Positions 38,024 through 45,905 of a stretch of DNA of 64,000 nt are shown in pieces. Below the pieces are notes generated by a model. The model worked only from the letters and a program-made list of their open reading frames with translations, did no database searches and had not been told where the DNA came from. The stretch is from Ignavibacteriales bacterium (GTDB lineage: Bacteria > Bacteroidota > Ignavibacteria > UBA10030 > UBA6906). The position numbers and the translations under genes were made by a program. The stretch spans positions 32,001 through 96,000 of the forward strand of contig JBBIRR010000002.1 in assembly GCA_037441705.1 (NCBI GenBank). The letters are read 5' to 3'. The stretch's first letter is position 1. The number at the start of each line of letters is the position of its first letter.

Positions 38024-38073
38024 TATATGCCCTTGTACGCATATATTCTACGGAAAATTCAATATCCGGTCAA
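38024..38073 (-). promoter_or_regulatory. Promoter and ArsR operator
   Basis: Minus strand TTGACC (38073-38068) N17 TAGAAT (38050-38045); IR TATATGC-N8-GCATATA (38024-38045). Confidence 0.7.
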
Positions 38074-38111
38074 GCGAAATCTTCACTCCGTATGTGAGCG
38101 CTCAGCTTTGT

Positions 38112-38867
38112 TTAGTGCGCGAGCAACACGACAACGCGGTACGCTGCCAATCCGACGAGAACGAGGGCGAACATACGGGCAAGCGTTCTCGATTTGACGT
38201 TCTTTGCCATGAATGCTGCGCCAAGCTGCGCAGCCACGAGAGACAGTATCGCGCTGATTCCCACCAACCACCAATCTACTTGGGCGGACGGCAAGTGCGC
38301 TCCGAGGGCGGAGAACGACGGTAGAGTAACGATCAACGCGTTTGTGGCTGCTGCTATGCGCGCGGTGTAGCCCAACAGCACCAGTGTTGGCAGCATCAAA
38401 AATCCGGGTCCCACTCCCAAGAATCCCGCCAGTGTTCCGATGAATACTCCGAGACTGCCTGCAATCACCCGCTTCTTCGTTGGAAGATCGACAACGTCGG
38501 TGTCGCTCTGCACCGGAGGGAATGCCATGCGATAGGCAAGGAACACGAGCAGAACGACAAATATCCACCAGACGAGTTCTGTGCTTGCGAACTGCAGTAA
38601 GTGCACACCGAGTGGCGCAGCAGCAGTTGTGATCAGCAAAACCGGTATTGCAGTCTTGTAGTCGACCATCTTCTTCTGCATGAACTTCACAGCCGCGGCA
38701 ATTGCCGTCAGCCCGTTCAACAGGAGCGCCCAAGGCATGATGACATGTTTCAGCTCATATCCGAAGAGCCCGAGAGCAGGAATGGCGACGAATGCGACTC
38801 CCAGGCCGAGCATGCCGGAGAGAAACGAGAGAAGGACGAGAAGCAGAATGACGACGACCTCGGTCAT
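38112..38867 (-). CDS. Sulfite exporter TauE/SafE family
   Basis: SGMLGLGVA and AGFLGVGPG..P repeats; about 8 TMs. Confidence 0.85.
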   Translation of the reverse strand: MTEVVVILLLVLLSFLSGMLGLGVAFVAIPALGLFGYELKHVIMPWALLLNGLTAIAAAVKFMQKKMVDYKTAIPVLLITTAAAPLGVHLLQFASTELVWWIFVVLLVFLAYRMAFPPVQSDTDVVDLPTKKRVIAGSLGVFIGTLAGFLGVGPGFLMLPTLVLLGYTARIAAATNALIVTLPSFSALGAHLPSAQVDWWLVGISAILSLVAAQLGAAFMAKNVKSRTLARMFALVLVGLAAYRVVVLLAH

Positions 38868-38885
38868 TGATTATCTTCCTCTCCG

Positions 38886-39584
38886 TCAAAATGAAATGTA
38901 GATGAAGTAGAATCCGCCGAAGAGAACGAAGACGCCGGCAAGTCGACGAAGCCACGTTGCTCCGGCCGACCGGCTCGTCCATTTCAAGTATCGCTGGACC
39001 AGGTGCGTAAGCGAGCCTGCAGCCGCGATAACGGCACAGTGCCCGAGTCCGAACGCGGCGATGAGCAACGCACCACCGATGAAGCTGGTTGTCGAAATGC
39101 TGAAGACCACGCCGAGCACGGGGGCAAGATATGCAAACGTGCATGGGCCAAGTCCGACGCCGAACAGCAACCCCAACGACAACGCCCCAATCCATCCCTG
39201 CCGTCTCAGCGATGCGGCACCAAATCCTCCCCATGAAAGTTTCACGATGTCAAGCAGATAAAGTCCGATCACCAGAAACACCGCTGCAACGGCGAGGTTG
39301 CCCCACGTACCGACATCGCCCATCATCCGTCCGAAGCTTGCGGTGATGAGTCCTATGAGCGCAATGGTAATGAGAATGCCGAGGGCGAAGAGGAGGGAGA
39401 GTCCGGCCGACCGCCGCGCTGTCGTTACTCCTTGAGCGCTGATGTAGCCGACGATGAGCGGAATGCTGCTGAGGTGGCACGGACTGAGCACGATGCTCAG
39501 GACGCCCCACATAAAGGCAGCGGCGAGAGCTATCCCGAACCGGTCGGTCATTGCCATCGTCAGGGCATTAAAGATCTCCTCCAT
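38886..39584 (-). CDS. CcdA/DsbD-type transmembrane thiol-disulfide protein
   Basis: LSPCHL and GPCT motifs; 6 TMs. Confidence 0.88.
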   Translation of the reverse strand: MEEIFNALTMAMTDRFGIALAAAFMWGVLSIVLSPCHLSSIPLIVGYISAQGVTTARRSAGLSLLFALGILITIALIGLITASFGRMMGDVGTWGNLAVAAVFLVIGLYLLDIVKLSWGGFGAASLRRQGWIGALSLGLLFGVGLGPCTFAYLAPVLGVVFSISTTSFIGGALLIAAFGLGHCAVIAAAGSLTHLVQRYLKWTSRSAGATWLRRLAGVFVLFGGFYFIYISF

Positions 39585-39587
39585 ACG

Positions 39588-39992
39588 CTACCGTCCCTTC
39601 CGGATTTTCAGCCCCCGGCTCTGAAGCAACTTGTCGATCTCCGGTTCCGGGAAGTAGCCTTCGTGCCGAAAGAACTCTCTGCCGTTCTTGTCGAGAAAGA
39701 CCTGCGTTGGTATCAGGCGGATTGCGAATTGCTCGGCGTACGGCTGCCCCTGGACTGTCCAGACATCGTGAAAGACAATCTTCACCTGATCACCATACTT
39801 TTCCTCGATCGCCTTCATCACTGGCTGCATCATTTTGCAGGGAATGCAGCGAACAGAACCAAGCTCGATGAAAGTAACGAGCGGTTGGGCAGCGTCCGAT
39901 GACTTCTTCGTCTGAGCGGACGGTTCTTGCACCGCTTCTGTCAACGTGAGGATAATTGCCCCGATTCGTAGAAGATCGCGCAGTCGTATCAT
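39588..39992 (-). CDS. Exported thioredoxin family protein
   Basis: CIPCKMM, IPTQVF, RHEG; N-terminal signal-like segment. Confidence 0.85.
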   Translation of the reverse strand: MIRLRDLLRIGAIILTLTEAVQEPSAQTKKSSDAAQPLVTFIELGSVRCIPCKMMQPVMKAIEEKYGDQVKIVFHDVWTVQGQPYAEQFAIRLIPTQVFLDKNGREFFRHEGYFPEPEIDKLLQSRGLKIRKGR

Positions 39993-40149
39993 GACGAATT
40001 TCCTTCGTGCAACTTGTGAGTGCATTCGTGTTCTCGACCCCGGAATCAAAGAGAGCACGAACGTTACAGCAAGGACCGGGCACGCCCGACAGCAAGAACA
40101 ACGTCGGGAGATGAATGACAGCTCTCGTGCCCTGGAGTTCTCCTCGACT

Positions 40150-40398
40150 TTAGTTTTTCACGCCGCTATGTGCCAACCATTGCTGCACTTCTTCGCTCTT
40201 CGGAATCCGTCCGGAACATTTCACCTCGCCGTCAATAGCAACAGCGGGCGTGAACAGGATGCCGCGGGCAGCGTACTGTCGGATATCCTCTACCTTGATG
40301 ATCTCTGCTTCTATTCCTGCGGCCGAGAGAGCTTCACGTACGATTCTCTCTGTTTGTTTGCATCGGGCACATCCGGGTCCAAAGATTTCGATTTTCAT
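40150..40398 (-). CDS. Small redox-active disulfide protein (Thioredoxin_3/MTH895-like)
   Basis: MKIEIFGPGCARC, TPAVAIDG, GRIP. Confidence 0.9.
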   Translation of the reverse strand: MKIEIFGPGCARCKQTERIVREALSAAGIEAEIIKVEDIRQYAARGILFTPAVAIDGEVKCSGRIPKSEEVQQWLAHSGVKN

Positions 40399-40439
40399 GT
40401 TGAATTCTCCTTAAGAAAAGACATGCTACGAAGTACTAC

Positions 40440-41492
40440 TTAGAAAATGAACGTTCCGGCAAACCAGCCAACGACCGTGCCGAGAACGATGATTGTGACA
40501 ACGTACAACACCGCTTTTTTCACGCCGAACACACGCGCAATCGCCAGCCAGTTCGGAAGACTGAGTCCGGGTCCCGTCAGCAACAGCGCCAGAGCCGGCC
40601 CTTTACCCATTCCCATTTTCATCAGCGTGTCAACGAACGGCGCTTCGGTCATCGTGGCAAAGTAGCTGATTGAACCGATGAGCGTCGCCAGGAACGATGC
40701 GAGCATGCCCGAGCCGCCGAGATAATTCTCGACCCACGCCTGAGGAAGAATCGCACCAATCACTCCAACGACGAACACGCCGGCAAGAAGCAGGGGAAAG
40801 ATGATGCGCACGAACCACCAGGTCTCCTTCATCCAGTCGAGGAGCTGGTCCTTTGTCTTTACCTTCAATGCATAGGCCACCACGATTCCCGTTGCGATGA
40901 TCCACACGAGCACTTTTTGCCAGAAGGGGCCGGATTGAATCAGGTAATTCGGGGCGAGCAGGGAGACGACAAGGAGCAGAATCAGCACAACGTCCTGCCG
41001 GGAGATGACGTTCGTCGCCACGCTTTCGTTGTTCACTGCTGCTCGTTCAACCTCTTCCTTCCTGAAAGCGGCAGCCATGATCGTGCCGACTGCCATCGCC
41101 ATCACAAGTGCGGATGCGACTCTAACCGCGACCATCTCTCCTCCTAAGATCGCGCCGGTGTACGTCAGCGCGAGGATGTTGGCGGCAGGTGCAACCCACA
41201 AGAGAATGAAGGCCGGCCCGATTCCACTGCCTCGATAGTACAATCCGCTTGCTACCGGAATGACCGTGCATGAGCACGCTGCGAGAAAGAAACTGCCGAA
41301 TGCGGCAGTCACGAACGACTGGAGTTTCTTCACGGCGTGGCCAAGGTACTTCATGATCGCCTCCTTGGAGATGAAGCTCACCATCGCACCGGCGAGCAAG
41401 AAGGCCGGGACAAGACAGGTGAGAACATGCAATGCGATATAGTCCCACAGCGAAGCGAATCCAGCCAGTATGAGTTTTTCAACGAGTTCCAT
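40440..41492 (-). CDS. DUF318/ArsP-type permease
   Basis: HVLTCLVPAF, ACSCTVIP, YFATMTE, GPALALLLTGP. Confidence 0.88.
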   Translation of the reverse strand: MELVEKLILAGFASLWDYIALHVLTCLVPAFLLAGAMVSFISKEAIMKYLGHAVKKLQSFVTAAFGSFFLAACSCTVIPVASGLYYRGSGIGPAFILLWVAPAANILALTYTGAILGGEMVAVRVASALVMAMAVGTIMAAAFRKEEVERAAVNNESVATNVISRQDVVLILLLVVSLLAPNYLIQSGPFWQKVLVWIIATGIVVAYALKVKTKDQLLDWMKETWWFVRIIFPLLLAGVFVVGVIGAILPQAWVENYLGGSGMLASFLATLIGSISYFATMTEAPFVDTLMKMGMGKGPALALLLTGPGLSLPNWLAIARVFGVKKAVLYVVTIIVLGTVVGWFAGTFIF

Positions 41493-41555
41493 GTTGTCTT
41501 TCCTTTTTAGATTTGTGTCTGCTGAGCTATTCGTCAGCGGAGCTTCGCCGTTCAC

Positions 41556-41873
41556 TTATGCGTTTTCAAGTGCCTCGGCTTGAGTTTCAACGGTTCGTCT
41601 GGCGATGGCAGCAGCGAGGTCGAGAATCTTGAAGACGCGTTGATCCGCTACCTTGAAGTTCACCCGCAATCCGTCTTTCCACGATGTGAGAATGCCGGCC
41701 TGGACGAGGACCTTGAGATGGCGAGAGAGATTCGATTGCTCGAGGTCAAGCTCCGGTGCAAGCTCACAGTTGCACGACGCGCCTTTCTGCAAAAGTTCGA
41801 GGATGCGTATCCTGTTCGGATGCGCAAGCGCGGAAAGAACGTCGGCCTGGAGTTCGTTTCGTGACTTATTCAT
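41556..41873 (-). CDS. ArsR/SmtB family regulator
   Basis: ALAHPNRIRIL, SCNCEL, QSNLSRHL. Confidence 0.9.
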   Translation of the reverse strand: MNKSRNELQADVLSALAHPNRIRILELLQKGASCNCELAPELDLEQSNLSRHLKVLVQAGILTSWKDGLRVNFKVADQRVFKILDLAAAIARRTVETQAEALENA

Positions 41874-41901
41874 CCTTGTATCTCCGTTGTAGGTTTGACT
41901 G

Positions 41902-41919
41902 TATGAGCATGGACGCATA
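41902..41919. promoter_or_regulatory. Putative ArsR operator
   Basis: TATGAGCATGGACGCATA, 14/18 identical to TATGCCCTTGTACGCATA upstream of the other arsR. Confidence 0.5.
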
Positions 41920-42122
41920 AAGTGCGCCAGAAGGAATTTTGGTATTTTTGCTATGAATCCTGCGAAAACGAGAGAGCTTCTTCTCAAATATGGGAGGATT
42001 CGGTCTGGCCGATTTCTAAAAGTAGGAACAAGGCAGACGGAACGCGCTGATGGGTACGTGATAGAAGGAGGGCTCAGAGTGCAAAGCATATCGCTTGATT
42101 TTTCAAGTCAAGCGCCGATCGG

Positions 42123-42713
42123 TCAACCCCCGTCGCGCTTGAGTTGGCTCCAAACTTCTGCCAGTTCTTGTGGTGTGTTGATATTAAGAAGATTGCGGCG
42201 GAACGTAGAAAAGTCCAACACCCGAACGTTCATGCCTTCCAGAAAACCGAACATCGCTCTCTGGCCCGACTGTAGCGCGTGCTCGACATGTTGTTGCAGC
42301 GATCGAGGGTAAATGCCGAACAACGGATGTGTGCGCGTGCCGTCGGAGACGAGAGTGATCGCGCCTTCCTCCGATTGTTCTGTCAACAATGAGATCATTT
42401 CGCTCGTGATGAAAGGAAGATCGCACGAGGTGACAAGGACGTGGCTGGTAGGAGCATGAACTAACGCCGAGTGAAGTCCTCCGAGTGGCCCGCATTGTGG
42501 ATAGATGTCCGGGAAGATTGGTAGGTGGAGGAATGCATAGAACTCCGCTTGATCGGCGATGATGATGAGATGATCGAGGACGGTTTGTGCAGCGGCGGCG
42601 ATCCGTTCGATGAACGTCATGTCGCCGAGCTTGATGAGGGCTTTGTTCGTTCCCATGCGTTTGCTGACGCCGCCCGCAAGAATAGCAGCGGTGATGTTCG
42701 CTGTGGGAATCAT
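42123..42713 (-). CDS. mobA: Molybdenum cofactor guanylyltransferase
   Basis: ILAGG.SKRMG.NKA, GPLGG, CDLP, HPL, NINTP. Confidence 0.88.
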   Translation of the reverse strand: MIPTANITAAILAGGVSKRMGTNKALIKLGDMTFIERIAAAAQTVLDHLIIIADQAEFYAFLHLPIFPDIYPQCGPLGGLHSALVHAPTSHVLVTSCDLPFITSEMISLLTEQSEEGAITLVSDGTRTHPLFGIYPRSLQQHVEHALQSGQRAMFGFLEGMNVRVLDFSTFRRNLLNINTPQELAEVWSQLKRDGG

Positions 42714-42718
42714 CGCGC

Positions 42719-43474
42719 TTACCCCAGTAACAGCGGAAGCAAGAGTTTGCCGCCTGCAATCAGCAGAACAATGCCGAGAAGAACCTGCAGCACGCGCGGC
42801 CGCGCGCGGCGCGCTCCAACGAATGAGCCGAGCAGCCCTCCGCAAAGCGCAACAGCACCAAGAGTCGCCAACGGCGCGAGCGTAACGTTGTCACGCATGA
42901 CATGTCCAGCCAGACCGCCGAGGGAGTTCAACACGATGAAGGCACTGGAGACTGCGGCGGTTTTTCTGGCGTCAGCCCATCGCAGAAACAGCAGAATGGG
43001 ACTGAGAAATATACCGCCGCCAACGCCGACCATACCCGAAAGCAATCCGAGCACTGCGCCGATGAAAAAGCGCAGCAACCAATATCTCTGCCTGTTCTCG
43101 TTCGCGTCTGCAGCCTTCACTTCCTTCAAGAAGAGCATTCGGAGGGATGCAGCGAGAAGGGCTGAACCGAGCATTGCCGTGAATGCTGCCGTAGGCAGAT
43201 GAATCAATCCGCCAATGTACGCCGCAGGAACGGAACCGATGATGAACGGCAGAAGCAAGTGCGGCGAAAAGTGTCCGGCCCGCCAATAATTGATGAAGCC
43301 GATGCCTGCGACTGCAACATTGAGGACGAGTGCCACGGGCACGATGGCAGCCGTTGTTGCGCCGAGCAAGGCAAACAGTGCGAGATATCCCGACGCTCCG
43401 CCGTGCCCGACACTTGAATACAGGAAAGCGACGGCGAAAAACAATGGGAACATCCACCATGCAAGTTCAGGCAC
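42719..43474 (-). CDS. Sulfite exporter TauE/SafE family
   Basis: YSSVGHGGASGY; SGMVGVGGGIFLSP. Confidence 0.88.
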   Translation of the reverse strand: MPELAWWMFPLFFAVAFLYSSVGHGGASGYLALFALLGATTAAIVPVALVLNVAVAGIGFINYWRAGHFSPHLLLPFIIGSVPAAYIGGLIHLPTAAFTAMLGSALLAASLRMLFLKEVKAADANENRQRYWLLRFFIGAVLGLLSGMVGVGGGIFLSPILLFLRWADARKTAAVSSAFIVLNSLGGLAGHVMRDNVTLAPLATLGAVALCGGLLGSFVGARRARPRVLQVLLGIVLLIAGGKLLLPLLLG

Positions 43475-43498
43475 GCGCCACCTTCACCTAACGCTTGC

Positions 43499-44413
43499 TC
43501 ATTGCTCGTGACTTCCACTGTGGATCATCTTGAAGGCGTGCAGCAATCCCGGGAAGAGAGCGTCGAGTGACTCGGCAACGCCGCGCGTGGAGCCGGGAAG
43601 GTTCACGATGAGCGTTTGTCCGCGTACGCCGGCCCGCGCGCGAGAGAGCATCGAGTATGGCGTCCGTTCCTGTCCGTATGCACGCACGGCCTCCGCAATG
43701 CCGGGTGCTTCGCGTTCGATCACTCGTTCCATCGCCTCGGGCGTGCGATCGCGCGGTGTGAAGCCGGTACCACCGGTTGTCATCACGAGATCGTACTTGT
43801 CCGTGTCGGCGTATTGTGTCAGCAGGCGGGCGATCTGTTCTGGTTCGTCCGGGATGATGCGATAGTCTTGAACGTTGACACCCTCACGCTTCAGTCGCTC
43901 GACGATGAGTTGTCCCGAACGATCGGCTTTCTTCCCCGCAGCAATGGAGTCCGACATGACCAGCACTGCCGCGCGCAGCGGCTGCCCGAACGAAGTGCGG
44001 AAATCCGACTTGCCCCCCGTTTTGCTCAGCAGGCGGATCTCGCCGATGCTCATGGTGTCATCGAGCATCTTCATCATATCGTAAAGCGTCAGCGCGGCGA
44101 CGCTTGCGGCGGTCAGCGCTTCCATTTCGACGCCCGTCTTGTAGATGGCTTTGACCGTCGTGCGAATGACGATCCAATTCTCTCCCAATTCGTACTCAAC
44201 GCCCACGTAGTCTATGGGAAGAGGATGACAGTACGGGATGATCGTGCTCGTCGCCTTCGCCGCCTGGATAGCAGCAACTTTGGCCACCTCTAACGGATTG
44301 CCCTTAGGGACGGTATTTTCGCGAATGCGTGCAATCGTCTCGGGACGAACCACGACGCGAGCTTGCGCCGTCGCCGTCCGAAGCGTTTTGATTTTCGCCG
44401 AAATATCCAGCAT
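43499..44413 (-). CDS. moaCB: Bifunctional Moco biosynthesis protein MoaC/MoaB
   Basis: PKG, IPYCHP, TGVEMEAL, YDM.K, K.GGKS; TTGGTG...RD.TPEA, NLPGS. Confidence 0.93.
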   Translation of the reverse strand: MLDISAKIKTLRTATAQARVVVRPETIARIRENTVPKGNPLEVAKVAAIQAAKATSTIIPYCHPLPIDYVGVEYELGENWIVIRTTVKAIYKTGVEMEALTAASVAALTLYDMMKMLDDTMSIGEIRLLSKTGGKSDFRTSFGQPLRAAVLVMSDSIAAGKKADRSGQLIVERLKREGVNVQDYRIIPDEPEQIARLLTQYADTDKYDLVMTTGGTGFTPRDRTPEAMERVIEREAPGIAEAVRAYGQERTPYSMLSRARAGVRGQTLIVNLPGSTRGVAESLDALFPGLLHAFKMIHSGSHEQ

Positions 44414-44420
44414 CGTCAAC

Positions 44421-44756
44421 CTACTTCTTTTTTCGTACCGTGCGCTTTCCTCCGAGAGTATCTTCAGCCCAGCTCAGTGCGGCCATCATGGAAGGAAGTC
44501 CGATGGTGGGAAGGGCAAGCAGTACAGCGTGACGGATTTCGTCGGGCGTTGCGCCGACATCGAGCGCCTTACGGACGTGCGAATGCACGGCGCCTTCGAG
44601 TCGTGCCCCGGTCGAGATGCCGATCTTGATCAGCGCCCGCGTCTTTTCATCCAGCGGGCCGGCGCTGTGAACCGCGTTGCCGAGGGCTTCATACGCCGCG
44701 GCAGCATTGGGGAAATCGGCCTTAAATTTCTGAAAACGTTTGGGCAGCCTGGCCAT
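44421..44756 (-). CDS. Carboxymuconolactone decarboxylase family protein
   Basis: GPLDEKTRALIK, GAVHSHVRKA, EIRH, PTIGLP. Confidence 0.85.
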   Translation of the reverse strand: MARLPKRFQKFKADFPNAAAAYEALGNAVHSAGPLDEKTRALIKIGISTGARLEGAVHSHVRKALDVGATPDEIRHAVLLALPTIGLPSMMAALSWAEDTLGGKRTVRKKK

Positions 44757-44951
44757 AGAGAAGGTCCTTCTATAGTGAGGAAAATGGACGACGTGTGTTT
44801 ACGCGCTTCCAATATACGAGATTTGGGGTGAAGGCGAAAACAGCGACAGGAACGCGAGCGGCCGTGCAGAAACCAGCATTGCTGTGCCGTTGCTTTCCTG
44901 TGAGCGCTCGTCACATGCTGTGTCTATTGCATGATGGAGGAAAGATTTTTC

Positions 44952-44999
44952 TTGACAACAAAAGATTCTGGGCGTTATTTTTCGGATAACAAGGTCTTA
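44952..44999 (+). promoter_or_regulatory. Promoter and putative Rrf2 operator upstream of the second Rrf2
   Basis: TTGACA (44952-44957), AT-rich -10 near 44975-44981, and TCGGAT-N6-GTCTTA (44982-44999). Confidence 0.55.
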
Positions 45000-45037
45000 T
45001 TCTCTCTTACCGAGGCCGGAGCTTCTTAGGATCGCAG

Positions 45038-45484
45038 ATGCTCTTCAGCAAGTCCTGTGAGTACGCCATGCGAGCTGTACTGTACCTGGCCTCGAGAGAA
45101 GAAGGAGGCCACCCCGTTCTTTTGCGCGAGATCTCTGACGCGCTCAACATACCGCACCACTTCCTGAACAAAGTCCTTCAGCAACTTACCCGTGACGGGA
45201 TTCTCGTATCACACAAGGGGATCACGGGTGGTTTCAACCTCGGGCGGCCCGGCTGCGAAATCAGCTTGGAGGATATTGTGAAGGCGATTGATGGCGAGCG
45301 ATTTCGTGGTCGGTGTGTTCTCGGCATTCCGGGCTGTGGTGATAGCGCGCCCTGTCCGGTTCATGCGCAGTGGGTTCACGCAAGAGAGATCATCCTGGAG
45401 ATGATCGGCACTCAGTCTGTTCATCAGTTGAGCAAAGCGATTCGGGCAAAGACGGATATGATTGAGAACGAAAAGAGAGCATAG
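45038..45484 (+). CDS. Rrf2 family transcriptional regulator (paralog of 11239-11721)
   Basis: FSKSCEYA, KG..GGF, CVLG..GC....PCPVH. Confidence 0.92.
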   Translation: MLFSKSCEYAMRAVLYLASREEGGHPVLLREISDALNIPHHFLNKVLQQLTRDGILVSHKGITGGFNLGRPGCEISLEDIVKAIDGERFRGRCVLGIPGCGDSAPCPVHAQWVHAREIILEMIGTQSVHQLSKAIRAKTDMIENEKRA

Positions 45485-45530
45485 TTGCTGTGGAGTATTC
45501 ATTCCTGCATACCTCAACGAGAAGAGCGTT

Positions 45531-45905
45531 ATGATAAAGTCCACATCCGCATTGTATGTCAATTCTGTCAGGAACGTAGTGGTGGCGCTGATGCTGGCCA
45601 GCGCCACGGCCTCTGCGCAGGATGCCGTCTCGGACTTCCGTACCAACTGCATGAGCTGTCATACCATCGGCGGCGGAAGATTGACAGGCCATGACTTGAA
45701 GAACGTGACGCAGCGAAGAGACAAAGCCTGGCTGACGCAATTCATGGTCGACCCGAAGGCGATGATAGATGGAGGCGACCCGTATGCCGTCGAGTTGGTA
45801 CGGGTGGCGCGCGGTGTGGTGATGCCCACGCTGCCGGGTATGACCAAAGCGCGCGCCGAAGCGTTGCTTGCGCTCATCGAGGAATCAACGGACGATTACG
45901 AATGA
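45531..45905 (+). CDS. Cytochrome c (one CxxCH), possibly C-terminally truncated
   Basis: Signal peptide ASA-Q; CMSCH, TIGGGRL.G.DL, VMP; ends abruptly and overlaps the actB start. Confidence 0.75.
   Translation: MIKSTSALYVNSVRNVVVALMLASATASAQDAVSDFRTNCMSCHTIGGGRLTGHDLKNVTQRRDKAWLTQFMVDPKAMIDGGDPYAVELVRVARGVVMPTLPGMTKARAEALLALIEESTDDYE

Noticed and set aside
27088-44756. tRNA-anchored genomic island or prophage
   Set aside because: No integrase, transposase or phage gene, and no duplicated tRNA 3' end was found by eye.
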